From Solibaculum intestinale (lineage in GTDB: Bacteria; Bacillota; Clostridia; Oscillospirales; Acutalibacteraceae), in the NCBI RefSeq assembly GCF_040096205.1, contig NZ_JBBMFD010000014.1, positions 4,579 through 68,578 of the forward strand: 64,000 bases of DNA, written 5' to 3'. Positions 36,839 to 48,825 of this stretch are shown here, one piece after another. The stretch's first letter is position 1. Every line of letters starts with the position of its first letter. Position numbers and translations under genes: made by a program. Under the pieces are notes generated by a model. It saw nothing but the letters and a program-made list of their open reading frames with translations, did not search any database and was not told where the DNA came from.

Positions 36839-37364
36839 CCCACTTTCTTTTAATCATCTGTTTGGCCCGGTAGAGCTGGGATTCCACGGTTTTTTGTGCC
36901 TGGCCAGTGATGGCGGCGATCTGCGCCACGCTGCGGCCTTCCATATGCCGCAGCCGGACCACCCTGGCGTACCGTTCCGGGAGACTGTCGATCACCGTCA
37001 GGAGTTTCCGGTACTCGTCGCGAAGCTCCACATCCTCCTCAAATTCTCCGCCCGAAGGCTCATTCCCGTTCTCAGGGAATTCCGTGGTATGCTGGAGATG
37101 TCGGGTCCATTTCCGCTTAACGTCGATCGCTTTGTTGGTCGCAATGCGGCAGATCCAGGTTTTAAAGCCACGCCCCTCGTACCGGTCCAGCGACAGATAC
37201 GCGTGGATAAACGCCTCCTGTGCCACATTTTCCGCTTCCATTTCATCTCGCAGGATGGAATAAGCGATGGAGTAGAGCAGGCCCTGGTACTGTTTGACGA
37301 TCTCTTCAAACAGTTCTTTTTCGCCGGATAAAATCCTTGCGACCAGTTCTTCTGCATGGGCCAT
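36783..37364 (-). CDS. ECF (sigma-70 family, group 4) RNA polymerase sigma factor
   Basis: Region 2 (LLYSIAYSILRD…AQEAFIHAY) and region 4 (LPERYARVVRLRHMEGRSVAQIA). Start ATG 37364 after GGGAGGAAAG. Confidence 0.85.
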   Translation of the reverse strand: MAHAEELVARILSGEKELFEEIVKQYQGLLYSIAYSILRDEMEAENVAQEAFIHAYLSLDRYEGRGFKTWICRIATNKAIDVKRKWTRHLQHTTEFPENGNEPSGGEFEEDVELRDEYRKLLTVIDSLPERYARVVRLRHMEGRSVAQIAAITGQAQKTVESQLYRAKQMIKRKWGENCDEALRRGAVAAIHR

Positions 37365-37649
37365 CGGCTTTCCTCCCATCCTTTGAATTTCGTTTCCTTG
37401 GTACCAGTATAATAGACGCGGGCCGAAAACAAAACCCTGCAAAATCGCCCATGGAAATAGTCGGCAGTTTCTCCGCACGGATTCCGGCATTTTTGCAAAT
37501 GTTGCACACCGTCTTCGGTATACTCGGGACAAGCGCCGCATATTTATGGGTAGCAGTCACACAAAGAAGGAAATACTGTCACAATTGCACAATTCAAACG
37601 ATAAAAATTCATGAGCTAAGAAAATTTTTATGAAATGCGCTAATTTTTC

Positions 37650-37678
37650 TTGAATTGTGTGGGCAAATACGCTATAAT
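37650..37678 (+). promoter_or_regulatory. Promoter TTGAAT-17-TATAAT for the EF-G paralogue
   Basis: Read in the sequence, about 100 nt upstream of the TTG start. Confidence 0.55.
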
Positions 37679-37777
37679 TATCCCTGTCGGTATTTTGGAA
37701 CTGTGAAACATGGCGATACCGAAATGGCAAAGATGCCAAGTTCGTGCAAATAAGTACATCGGAAGGGGAATCTTACC

Positions 37778-39841
37778 TTGAAACAGTATTCGGCCAAAGA
37801 CATTCGTAATGTTGTTCTTACGGGACATGGCGACTCAGGAAAGACCTCTCTGGCAGAGGCCATGTTGTTTCTCGCAGGAGCGACGGACCGCCTGGGCAAG
37901 GTAGCCGACGGCAATACCGTGTGCGACTTTGACCCGGAGGAAATCAAACGCAAAACTTCCGTTTCCACGGCGGTCGCGCCGCTGGAATGGTTGAATAAAA
38001 AGATCAATGTGATCGACACGCCCGGCCTGTTCGACTTTGCAGGCGGCCTGTGCGAGGGAATCCGCGCGGCAGAGCTGGCAGTGATCGTGGTATCCGGCAA
38101 GACCGGCGCATCCGTTGGCGCGGAAAAAGGATACAAGGCGGCGGAGAAGCGCGGTATCCCGAAATACTTCTTCATCAGCCGTCTCGACGAAGAGAACAGC
38201 GATTTTTTCAAAAGCTACCAGTCCCTCAAGGACGCGTTCGGTGTGACGGTCTGCCCGATTATTATGCCCCATGTGGAAAACGGCAAGATCGACTGCTTTG
38301 TGGATCTTTTGAAGCTCAAGGCCTATTCCTGCAGCGGCGGCAAACGGCATGAGGTCCCCATGCCCGACGTGGATGACCGCTTAAGCGAAATGCGCGATGC
38401 CATAGCGGAAGCCGTGGCACAGACCAGCGAAGAATTGATGGAAAAGTATTTCAGCGGCGAGGAGTTTACCTCCGAGGAGCTGATTGCTGGGGTTTCCTCC
38501 GGTGTGCGCAACGGGGAAATTACCCCGGTGTTGGGCGGTTCCGCATCCACTCTCGACGGCGTTGGTCTTTTGATGGATAACATTGTGTCCCTGGCTCCCT
38601 CGGCAGAGGAAGCGGCGGGCGAGATGGGGGAGACCCCTTCCGGCGACGCAGTGGAGCTGAAAGTGAACGAGAGCGAGCCCACCGCCGCGATTGTTTTCAA
38701 AACAGTGGCCGATCCCTTCGTGGGCAAGCTTTCCTATTTTAAAGTGATCTCTGGCAAGATGACGCCGGAAACCCAGATGGTCAATTCCCGTACCGGGGCT
38801 ACTGAGAAAATCGGCAAGCTGTTGACCATCCGAGGCAAAAAGCAGGAGGATACGCCTTGCGTGGTAGCTGGAGATATCGGCGCAGTGGCGAAGCTTACCT
38901 CTGCCAACACCGGCGATACCTTGGCGGCTGTGTCCCGTCCGGTTACTTTGGCGGGAATCGACTTCCCGGCACCCAGCCTTTCCAAGGCGGTCACGCCCAA
39001 GGCAAAGGGCGATGAGGAAAAGATTGCGGCGGGTTTGGCAAGACTCAAGGAAGAAGACCCCACCATCCGGGTGGAAAACAATATCGAGACCCATCAGATG
39101 ATTCTAAGCGGCCTGGGCGAGCAGCATCTGGACGTGATTGTTTCCAAGCTCAAGCAGAAGTTTGGTGTGGACGTGGAGCTTTCCGCACCTAAGATTGCCT
39201 ACCGGGAAACCATCCGCAAGAAGGTGAAGGTCCAGGGCCGGCATAAGAAGCAATCGGGCGGCCACGGCCAGTTCGGCGACGTGTGGATCGAGTTCGAACC
39301 CTGCGATGGGGATGATCTGGTGTTTGAAGAAAAGGTGTTCGGCGGCGCGGTGCCCAAGAACTTCTTCCCGGCGGTGGAAAAGGGTCTACGTGACTGTGTA
39401 CAGGCAGGCGTGCTGGCGGGCTATCCCATGGTGGGCCTGAAGGCCACATTGGTGGACGGCTCCTACCACCCAGTGGACTCTTCAGAAATGTCCTTTAAAA
39501 TGGCGGCCAGCCTCGCTTACAAGGCGGGTATCCCTCAGGCGGGCCCGGTTCTCCTCGAACCCATCGGCAGCCTGAAGGTGTACGTGCCGGAGGCGAAGAT
39601 GGGCGACATCATCGGGGAAGTCAACAAGCGCCGCGGCCGCGTGTTGGGTATGGATGCGGGTCCGGACGGTTTGCAGGAAGTCAGCGCCGAGGTGCCGGTG
39701 GCGGAAATGGCGGACTTTACCACCTATCTGCGCCAGGTGGCCCATGGCCGCGGGCATTTTACCTTGACCTTTGAGCGTTACGAGGAAGCGCCTCCCTTTG
39801 TGGCCCAGAAGGTCATTGAGGAAGCAAAGAAAGCCGAATAA
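37778..39841 (+). CDS. Elongation factor G paralogue (EF-G-like GTPase with degenerate G4 motif)
   Basis: G1 GHGDSGKT, G3 DTPG, EF-G domain IV loop (RQSGGHGQFG) and EF-G C-terminal domain. G4 is SRLD instead of NKxD. TTG start with SD GGAAGGGG. Confidence 0.85.
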   Translation: MKQYSAKDIRNVVLTGHGDSGKTSLAEAMLFLAGATDRLGKVADGNTVCDFDPEEIKRKTSVSTAVAPLEWLNKKINVIDTPGLFDFAGGLCEGIRAAELAVIVVSGKTGASVGAEKGYKAAEKRGIPKYFFISRLDEENSDFFKSYQSLKDAFGVTVCPIIMPHVENGKIDCFVDLLKLKAYSCSGGKRHEVPMPDVDDRLSEMRDAIAEAVAQTSEELMEKYFSGEEFTSEELIAGVSSGVRNGEITPVLGGSASTLDGVGLLMDNIVSLAPSAEEAAGEMGETPSGDAVELKVNESEPTAAIVFKTVADPFVGKLSYFKVISGKMTPETQMVNSRTGATEKIGKLLTIRGKKQEDTPCVVAGDIGAVAKLTSANTGDTLAAVSRPVTLAGIDFPAPSLSKAVTPKAKGDEEKIAAGLARLKEEDPTIRVENNIETHQMILSGLGEQHLDVIVSKLKQKFGVDVELSAPKIAYRETIRKKVKVQGRHKKQSGGHGQFGDVWIEFEPCDGDDLVFEEKVFGGAVPKNFFPAVEKGLRDCVQAGVLAGYPMVGLKATLVDGSYHPVDSSEMSFKMAASLAYKAGIPQAGPVLLEPIGSLKVYVPEAKMGDIIGEVNKRRGRVLGMDAGPDGLQEVSAEVPVAEMADFTTYLRQVAHGRGHFTLTFERYEEAPPFVAQKVIEEAKKAE

Positions 39842-39862
39842 ACGTACAGAATAAAAAGAAAT

Positions 39863-39898
39863 CAGCCCTGTCTGTTTCCGGACAGGGCTGGTTTTTGT
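39863..39898 (+). terminator. Intrinsic terminator (CAGCCCTGTC-TGTTTCCG-GACAGGGCTG + T-run)
   Basis: Perfect 10-bp stem plus U-tract after the EF-G paralogue. Confidence 0.75.
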
Positions 39899-40000
39899 GT
39901 TTCTCAGAGGCAGCATGGGCGCTGGGAACGCGCACATACATCAGCTATGGGAGGATGCCTTACCGGGAACAGAAGAATTCCCGCCCAGCCGCACCTTTCT

Positions 40001-40597
40001 TTAAGAGGACGTGGAAGAAGCCGATTGGGAGGGGAGGGGAGCGGAGGATTCCGGAAGGGCGGACGGGGTGTAGGGGTATGGTCGCGCATAGGGACCTCTT
40101 TCCGTAGGATCTGGCGCATAGGTGAGCGAGCCGTGCTCGGCTACATAATAGTAGATCTCCTCCATCAGCGCATACATGCGATTCAGATCGTCTACAGAAT
40201 ATCCGCCGGTGATACATGGCTTATCATATCCATCAAAGCAGGAAAAGCCCGTATCCAAGGTATAGCGAATGCGCCCGCCGCCTTTCACAGTAAACTCCAG
40301 AGAGTAGCTCCAGCCTCCGACACGGTGCAAGGGCGATCTGGAACGTCTGTGAAAACGAAAGGTATCCAATTCCTCAAGAACCTGAGCGATGTATGCGGTA
40401 TCAGGGGTTTCATATCGCGCATAGAGCCAAGCGTCAATTTCCATGGATTCAATTTCCTCTGCTTTGAGAGAAATCGCGTCGGAAAAGCCGATGTTTGCAT
40501 AGAGGGCGTAATCCACCGCGTACCAGATTCCGCCCGCCAAGAGCACCAGCAAAAGAAAAAGAGGGAACCGATGTGGTTTCCAAGACCATTTTATCAT
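40001..40597 (-). CDS. Hypothetical membrane-anchored protein with Pro/Ser-rich tail
   Basis: N-terminal signal anchor. No recognisable motifs. RBS AAGGAG. Confidence 0.55.
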   Translation of the reverse strand: MIKWSWKPHRFPLFLLLVLLAGGIWYAVDYALYANIGFSDAISLKAEEIESMEIDAWLYARYETPDTAYIAQVLEELDTFRFHRRSRSPLHRVGGWSYSLEFTVKGGGRIRYTLDTGFSCFDGYDKPCITGGYSVDDLNRMYALMEEIYYYVAEHGSLTYAPDPTERGPYARPYPYTPSALPESSAPLPSQSASSTSS

Positions 40598-40761
40598 AGC
40601 ATAGACTCCTTCTGATTCCTCTGCGTTGCTATCTTAGAAAATCAGGCGATCTTTCCCTTGTCATGAAAACTATTATTCACATCCAGTCTATCAGATAACA
40701 GACGCAAAAACAACGTGATTTTAACAAAACAGCCTGCCTATAAAAAGGCAGGCTGTTTTTA

Positions 40762-41529
40762 TTATTTGCTTTCCTCCACCGTGCAGCGCCCCTCAAAGCA
40801 AATGCCCCGCTGGGTCACGCCGCGAAACAGGAAGGCGTTTTCTCCGCTCTCGTCCGCCCCCGCGTGGATGGCGATTTCTTCGCCTTCCAAGGCTTCCTTG
40901 AGAAAGGAAATCTGATACCCGGTCAAAACCCGCCCGTCCATGCTGCCGGGAATAAAATCGGTCAGCAGGTCCGCGTAAACGGTGTTGTTAAGATGGCCGT
41001 TGTAATCGGTATCCGAATAGCGCACAGTGCGCACGCCCACCTGCGGCAGCCCGTCTGGGAGGATGAGCTTGCCCGGGTCGGATGCGCCCACGCTTTCGAG
41101 CGGCTGCATGTGAATGTCGTACTTTTCGAAGAATACCTTTGGCCGAAGCACCCGGTGGGTATGTGGGTCGATCATCGCAAAGGTCGTCACCGATTCCACC
41201 GCTGTCTCTCCCTTCGCATCCGTGAAGCGGTAGCAGCGGATGAACTGAGCCCCTTTGTTTTCCCGGTGCCAGGTGGTCAGGGAAAACCGTTCCTCCAGCG
41301 TAAGCGGACGATAAATTTTGCAGCTGGTACGGGACAGAACAAACACCAGCCCGTTGTCATAAAGCTGGGCGTAGGACATGTTCCCGCCTGACAGATGCAG
41401 CTCTCCCACCTCCTGCTGGTACTTGAGGATGGAAGAGGGCTTTAAGTGCCGGTGCTGGTCCCCGTCAAAGGTTCCCACGTGCCCGGGCATGGTATATTGA
41501 GGCGGATATCCGCCGACAAATTCGCTCAC
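40762..41529 (-). CDS. Acyl-ACP thioesterase (FatA/FatB-like hotdog)
   Basis: Acyl-ACP_TE family pattern with two hotdog halves. GTG start after AGGAGGGG. Confidence 0.8.
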   Translation of the reverse strand: MSEFVGGYPPQYTMPGHVGTFDGDQHRHLKPSSILKYQQEVGELHLSGGNMSYAQLYDNGLVFVLSRTSCKIYRPLTLEERFSLTTWHRENKGAQFIRCYRFTDAKGETAVESVTTFAMIDPHTHRVLRPKVFFEKYDIHMQPLESVGASDPGKLILPDGLPQVGVRTVRYSDTDYNGHLNNTVYADLLTDFIPGSMDGRVLTGYQISFLKEALEGEEIAIHAGADESGENAFLFRGVTQRGICFEGRCTVEESK

Positions 41530-43844
41530 AGAGAATCCCCTCCTGATTCAGCCGTTACCGAGACATGCTCTCCCTTTGCCTGCAGCTTGAGCACACTGGG
41601 TGGATTGTCGCACTGGTTCACCAGAATGGTGGCAATGCGATCCTCCACCTCCCGGCGGATGATGCTGCGCAGGTCCCGAGCGCCATGCTTGCCGTGCCCC
41701 GCCAGTTTCGCCAGCAGCGCGGTGACCGCCTCGTCCCAGGAAATAGAGATCCCCTTTTCATCCACGGCCTCTTTGAGCTCGCCCAGCATCAGCTCTGCGA
41801 TCTTTTTCAGGTCCTCCGCGTCCAAGGGCCGGAACACTACGATTTCGTCCACCCGGCTCATAAATTCAGGGCGCAAGAAGTCGGACAGGGCTTTGAGCGC
41901 CCGGTCCCGGCTGGCGTCGTAGGCGGACTTGGCGAAGCCCAGCGCGTTGGTATCCCGGCTGCCGGCGTTAGAGGTCATGACAATGACCGTATTTTCAAAA
42001 TTCACCGTCCGGCCATGGGCGTCGGTCACCTTACCCTCGTCGAGAATTTGCAGCAGAATGTTCATCACATCCGGATGCGCCTTCTCGATTTCGTCGAACA
42101 GCAGCACCGAATAGGGCTTGCGGCGGACCTTCTCGGTCAGCTGCCCCGCCTCGTCGTACCCCACATAGCCAGGAGGAGAACCGATGATGCGGGAAACCGA
42201 ATGCTTTTCCATGAATTCGGACATGTCCAGACGGATGAGCGTCTCCGGCGTATCGAAGAGCTCGGCCGCCAGCACCTTCACCAATTCCGTTTTGCCCACG
42301 CCGGTGGGGCCAACGAAAATGAAGGAAGCCGGCCGGCGGCGTGTACTGATCTGCACACGGCTACGGCGCACGGCAGCCGCCACGGCGGACACCGCTTCCG
42401 ACTGGCCGATGATTTTCTTGCCGAGTGCCTCCTCTAAGTGAGACAGCCGTTTAAGCTCCGACTGCTCTACCCGAGCGGCGGGAATCCCCGTCCACAGCTC
42501 CACGACCTTGGCAAGGTCGCCCTTGGTCACAGCATTGCCAAGCGCCGTCGGCGCCAGCTCGTCGATTTTCGTCTGAAGTTGGGCGATTTGGGCCCGCACC
42601 GAGGCGAGAGTCTCGTAATCGGTAAATTCCGGGTCCTCCGCCATGCTTTCTTCCCGCTCGCTCAGCTCCTTGGCCCGTTCCACCGCCTTGTCGTACTCTA
42701 GAATCACGGTATTGCGCAAAGAAGCATGGGCGCAGGCTTCGTCCAACAGGTCGATGGCCTTGTCAGGCAAAAAGCGGTCGGTAATGTACCGTTCCGAAAG
42801 GGAAACGGCGGTGGCAAGAAGCGAATCCGGAATGGAAACCCGGTGGTAGGCTTCATAATAGTGCTTGATGCCCTTGAGCATCTCCACCGTTTCCTTTATC
42901 GAAGGTTCCTCCACCGTCACCGGCTGGAACCGGCGTTCCAAGGCGGAATCCTTCTCGATATACTTGCGGTATTCGGTAAAGGTAGTGGCGCCGATTACCT
43001 GGATCTCTCCCCGGGACAAGGCGGGCTTTAAGATGTTCGCCGCATTCATGGAGCCTTCCGCGTCGCCGGTACCCACCAGGTTATGCACCTCGTCAATGAA
43101 TAAGATTACGTTGCCGTCGGCCTTTACTTCGTCGATCAGGCCTTTGATGCGGCTTTCAAACTGGCCGCGAAACTGGGTCCCCGCCACCAGAGCCGTCAGG
43201 TCCAGCAGGTGGATTTCCTTTTTCGCCAGCCGCATGGGCACATCCCCTGCCGCAATACGAAGCGCCAGGCCCTCGGCAATGGCGGTTTTGCCCACACCCG
43301 GCTCACCGATCAGGCAAGGGTTGTTTTTCGTGCGGCGGGAAAGAATCTGAATGACCCGGTAAATCTGCTGGTCCCGGCCGATGATGGCGTCGAGCTCTGA
43401 GCGCTTGGCCTTCTCGGTGAGGTTGGTGCAGTACATGTCCAAATACTTGCGCTTTTTGCCGTTCTTTTCCTTTGACCGGCGTCCCCGCTTGGGTGCCGAC
43501 TCCTCCTCGCCGTCTACTTCCCCGACCACATGCTCCAACTCTTCCTCTTCCGACCCGGGCTGGGCGCCGAAGAGGTTTTGCAAAAACGGATAGGTAGCTG
43601 CTCCGCCCGGCTCAAAGTTTTCATCGTCCGGGTCGCCTGCGGCACTAATCATGTCCGTCATCTGTTCGCTTAGATTCTCAATATCGGAGTCGCTGACTCC
43701 CATCTTGTTCATCAGGTCGTTGACCGGCTTGATACCCAGTTCCTTTGCGCACACCAGGCAGAGGCCTTCGTTATAGCTTTTGTCGCCTTCCATGCGGGTG
43801 ATGAACACAACCGCCATGCGTTTTTTGCATCTGCTGCACATCAT
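41526..43844 (-). CDS. clpE: ATP-dependent Clp protease ATP-binding subunit ClpE (N-terminal zinc finger)
   Basis: N-terminal C-x2-C…C-x2-C (CSRCKK…CLVCAKE). Two AAA+ modules (GEPGVGKT, GPTGVGKT). ClpB/C-type signature. Confidence 0.85.
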   Translation of the reverse strand: MMCSRCKKRMAVVFITRMEGDKSYNEGLCLVCAKELGIKPVNDLMNKMGVSDSDIENLSEQMTDMISAAGDPDDENFEPGGAATYPFLQNLFGAQPGSEEEELEHVVGEVDGEEESAPKRGRRSKEKNGKKRKYLDMYCTNLTEKAKRSELDAIIGRDQQIYRVIQILSRRTKNNPCLIGEPGVGKTAIAEGLALRIAAGDVPMRLAKKEIHLLDLTALVAGTQFRGQFESRIKGLIDEVKADGNVILFIDEVHNLVGTGDAEGSMNAANILKPALSRGEIQVIGATTFTEYRKYIEKDSALERRFQPVTVEEPSIKETVEMLKGIKHYYEAYHRVSIPDSLLATAVSLSERYITDRFLPDKAIDLLDEACAHASLRNTVILEYDKAVERAKELSEREESMAEDPEFTDYETLASVRAQIAQLQTKIDELAPTALGNAVTKGDLAKVVELWTGIPAARVEQSELKRLSHLEEALGKKIIGQSEAVSAVAAAVRRSRVQISTRRRPASFIFVGPTGVGKTELVKVLAAELFDTPETLIRLDMSEFMEKHSVSRIIGSPPGYVGYDEAGQLTEKVRRKPYSVLLFDEIEKAHPDVMNILLQILDEGKVTDAHGRTVNFENTVIVMTSNAGSRDTNALGFAKSAYDASRDRALKALSDFLRPEFMSRVDEIVVFRPLDAEDLKKIAELMLGELKEAVDEKGISISWDEAVTALLAKLAGHGKHGARDLRSIIRREVEDRIATILVNQCDNPPSVLKLQAKGEHVSVTAESGGDSL

Positions 43845-43985
43845 GATTGATTACCCCCCTGCATCCCAATGGGACGCGGTACAAATATAGGGAACATCGC
43901 CCAACTCGTCCGAGTTTTGCGTATCCGTTTGCGAAAGAAAAGGGGCCCGGCCACATTTGTTACAGGCCGCGCCGCCTTTGAACCG

Positions 43986-44558
43986 TTATTTTTTTGGCGT
44001 TGCCTTGAGCAGTTGAAAGAAGAGCATGGCATACCGGATCAAGGCGAACACCATGAACGCCGCTACGATTGCCACCAGAATGGTGATGGCCAAATCGTTC
44101 ATAGCCGGGATAAAAACAATGACCAGCATCACCGCGTAGAACACCATGGTCGCCACCTTGCCGAACCACAACGCCGCGGTAGGCCGTGCGCCCCGGCGCA
44201 GAAGCACCAGGCTGCCGATGCCCATGAGGATTTCCTTTGCAAGGAAGATCAGCACCAGAGGGATCAAAAATTTATTCTGCTGATGCATGATCGCGATGCA
44301 GATGACCACCGTCGCCTGAGTAAGCTTGTCGGCAATGGGGTCAAGAATCTGCCCGAGCTGGGTGATTTGATTGAAATGCCGGGCAATATAGCCGTCGAGC
44401 ATGTCGGTAGCGCCGGAGATGAGAAGCACCACGCCCGCGGAAATCCCGTAGTCCACCGCCGAACGTTCTAGGTACAGATAGATAAACAGCGGGATCAGCA
44501 AAATCCGGAACACCGACAGCAGGTTCGGGATAGTCAAATTCTTTTTAAAGTAAGACAT
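43986..44558 (-). CDS. pgsA: CDP-diacylglycerol--glycerol-3-phosphate 3-phosphatidyltransferase
   Basis: CDP-alcohol phosphatidyltransferase motif (D-x2-DG-x2-AR…G-x3-D-x3-D: DMLDGYIARHF…GQILDPIADK). Start chosen at MSYFKKNLTIPN by alignment to PgsA N-termini. Confidence 0.85.
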   Translation of the reverse strand: MSYFKKNLTIPNLLSVFRILLIPLFIYLYLERSAVDYGISAGVVLLISGATDMLDGYIARHFNQITQLGQILDPIADKLTQATVVICIAIMHQQNKFLIPLVLIFLAKEILMGIGSLVLLRRGARPTAALWFGKVATMVFYAVMLVIVFIPAMNDLAITILVAIVAAFMVFALIRYAMLFFQLLKATPKK

Positions 44559-44612
44559 ATCGGATATCATTCCTTCCGAAGAGCAATTCATTCTGTTTGC
44601 CGATTCGTTCTT

Positions 44613-45344
44613 TTAAACAGCCGCGAACAGCCCTTCGGTAAACTGCAACAGAATGTTGTGATCGAGGACAAAGCGGAACAGGTAAGAGCTTTCGATGGTC
44701 TGGGTATTCAGGAAGGGGATGGTGTCTCCCCACAAGGTTATGGCAAACCAGCACAGCGCCGTGACACACAGCGCCATAATGGCGGCGTTTAGTAGCCCCA
44801 AGACTCCGCCCAAAAACCGGTTGACGCCCCGCACAATCGGAATGTTGACCACCAGGTTGGCCGTACGGGATAAAAGCCGGATGAGAAACCAGCCCAAAAT
44901 CAGGAATACCAAAAGCAGGATACCGCGCAGCATGAGGATGACCACCGGTTTTACCACCGTGTCCACAATGGCTGCCGCCGCCGCGGCGCTTTGCCCGGCG
45001 ATGGACTCCTGAATCTGCGGCGCCAAATCCTGCACCGAATAGCCAAAACTTTCGATGAGCGAGGAAAGGAAGCCAGGAAGGCCCGCAACCGCCTGCCCGA
45101 TGATGTCCTCCAATTCGGTGGAGGAAACGGTGGCCAGCTGTACCTGTACCCGGTCTACCAAGGCGTTACGCAAGCCTGCGTCAAACAGCCAGTCCGCCGC
45201 CGCGAAGGAAAGAAACACCGCCGCGAAGAATACCGCAATGTTCCCCACCGTGCGGATAAAAATAGAGGTAAATCCCCGCCTTGCCGCCGACCAAATGAGC
45301 AAAAACGCCAGCGCAACGAGAATCAGATCGAGAAAAAGTCCCAT
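44613..45344 (-). CDS. CvpA-family membrane protein
   Basis: N-terminal LDLILVALAFLLIWSAARRGF resembles the CvpA start. Four TM helices. Start ATG 45344. Confidence 0.6.
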   Translation of the reverse strand: MGLFLDLILVALAFLLIWSAARRGFTSIFIRTVGNIAVFFAAVFLSFAAADWLFDAGLRNALVDRVQVQLATVSSTELEDIIGQAVAGLPGFLSSLIESFGYSVQDLAPQIQESIAGQSAAAAAAIVDTVVKPVVILMLRGILLLVFLILGWFLIRLLSRTANLVVNIPIVRGVNRFLGGVLGLLNAAIMALCVTALCWFAITLWGDTIPFLNTQTIESSYLFRFVLDHNILLQFTEGLFAAV

Positions 45345-45600
45345 ATCAAAAAACAGGCCCCTTTCAGGCAAAATGAGAAGTACACTTGCTTTTCTTAGAC
45401 GTAGCAAAAAAGAAAAACACTGCTGATTAAAACCAACCATCGGTTTTTCCCAAAACTGCCATAGGCGTAACAAATATACTATAGCACAATCGCCGCCGTA
45501 TTTACAAGCATATGCTGCATTTTGCCCCAAAATGTTGTAGCCTATCCCATACGAAAACCGGCATGCAGCCGATAGGCCGCATGCCGCACGAAGCTTCCCC

Positions 45601-46767
45601 TTAACTGATAAAATCCTTGAGCTTGTCGAAAAAGCCCTTGCGCTTTTGGTAATTGTGGTCGGAAGCGTTCGACTCGAATTCCTTGAGCAGTTCCTTTTGC
45701 TTTTCGGTCAGGTTCTTGGGGACCTCGATGGTCACCCGGACAAACTGGCTGCCCTTGCCCCGGCCGTTTAAGTGGGGAATACCCCGGTCCTTGAGCTTAA
45801 ACACGTCCCCAGGCTGGGTGCCCTCGTGCACGTGGTAGCTGACTTTGCCGTCCAGGGTAGGAACCGTGATGTCCGCCCCCAGAGCCGCCTGGGAGAAGGT
45901 CAGGGGAATCTCGCACCACACATCGAACCCGTCCCGCTCAAAGAGAGGATGGGGCCGCACGTTGACGGTAATGTGCAGGTCGCCCGCCGGGCCGCCGTTG
46001 GCGCCGTAGTCGCCCTGGCCCCGCAGGTTGACGCCCTGGCCATCGTCGATACCAGCCGGGATAGTGACCTCCAGCCGCCGCGAACGTCGGATCTGGCCGG
46101 TGCCGCTGCAGTTTTTACAGGGTGTGTCGATGATCTTGCCCTTGCCCCGGCATTTCGAACAGGTGCGCTGGGTCTGCATCACGCCGAAGGGGGTGCGCTG
46201 GGTCACCCGGACCTGGCCTCTGCCTCCGCATTCCGGACAGGTTTTCGGGGAAGTCCCCTTTGCTGCACCCGAACCGCCGCATTCCGGGCAGTTCTCCACC
46301 CGCGGTGCGTTTACCTCCACCTTGCAGCCCTTGGCCGCCTCCTCAAAGGAGATGGTGACGGCGGTGTTGATGTCCGCGCCGCGTCTTGGAGCGTTGGGGT
46401 TGGCAGAGCGGCTGCTGCCCCCGCCGAAGATGGAGCCGAAGATATCGCCTAAGTCCCCCATGTCGCCGAAGTCAAAGCCGCCGAAGCCGCCGCCTCCATA
46501 ACCGCCGGCGCCGTACCCGCCGCCCGCGCCATAGCTGGGGTCTACTCCGGCATGGCCAAATTGATCGTAACGCGCCTTTTTGTTGCTGTCCGAGAGAACC
46601 TCGTAGGCTTCGTTAACCTCCTTGAACTTGGCCTCGGCATCTTTGTCGCCGGGGTTTAGATCCGGATGGTATTGTTTTGCCATCTTGCGATAGGCCTTTT
46701 TGATTTCGTCCTCCGACGCGTTTTTTTCCACGCCGAGTACTTCGTAATAGTCGCGTTTTTGAGCCAA
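45601..46767 (-). CDS. dnaJ: Chaperone DnaJ
   Basis: J-domain with HPD, G/F region, four CxxCxGxG zinc-finger repeats. Apparent TTG start. Confidence 0.95.
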   Translation of the reverse strand: MAQKRDYYEVLGVEKNASEDEIKKAYRKMAKQYHPDLNPGDKDAEAKFKEVNEAYEVLSDSNKKARYDQFGHAGVDPSYGAGGGYGAGGYGGGGFGGFDFGDMGDLGDIFGSIFGGGSSRSANPNAPRRGADINTAVTISFEEAAKGCKVEVNAPRVENCPECGGSGAAKGTSPKTCPECGGRGQVRVTQRTPFGVMQTQRTCSKCRGKGKIIDTPCKNCSGTGQIRRSRRLEVTIPAGIDDGQGVNLRGQGDYGANGGPAGDLHITVNVRPHPLFERDGFDVWCEIPLTFSQAALGADITVPTLDGKVSYHVHEGTQPGDVFKLKDRGIPHLNGRGKGSQFVRVTIEVPKNLTEKQKELLKEFESNASDHNYQKRKGFFDKLKDFIS

Positions 46768-46920
46768 AGTAATCCCGCCTTGTATGAAAAGTCATGGGTC
46801 GTGGCCGCCGGGCGGCCACATGCGTCTGCTATGTAACCGCTCTTCCATAAACAGGCGAACGCGTAAGGAGGAAACTCCCCCTTACGCGGTACGTCGCCCG
46901 GTTTGGTTCAAACGGGTTTC

Positions 46921-48792
<1,872 letters not shown>

Positions 48793-48825
48793 CTATCTGT
48801 GAATCTATGAAAAACGCTGCGAACG

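Noticed and set aside
37365-37650. Search for an autoregulatory ECF-type promoter (GGAAC…CGTC) upstream of the sigma gene
   Set aside because: Only weak partial matches (GGGTTT…CGTCTA). Not convincing enough to annotate.
43845-43985. CtsR operator upstream of clpE
   Set aside because: No tandem GGTCAAA heptads; a single half-site only.
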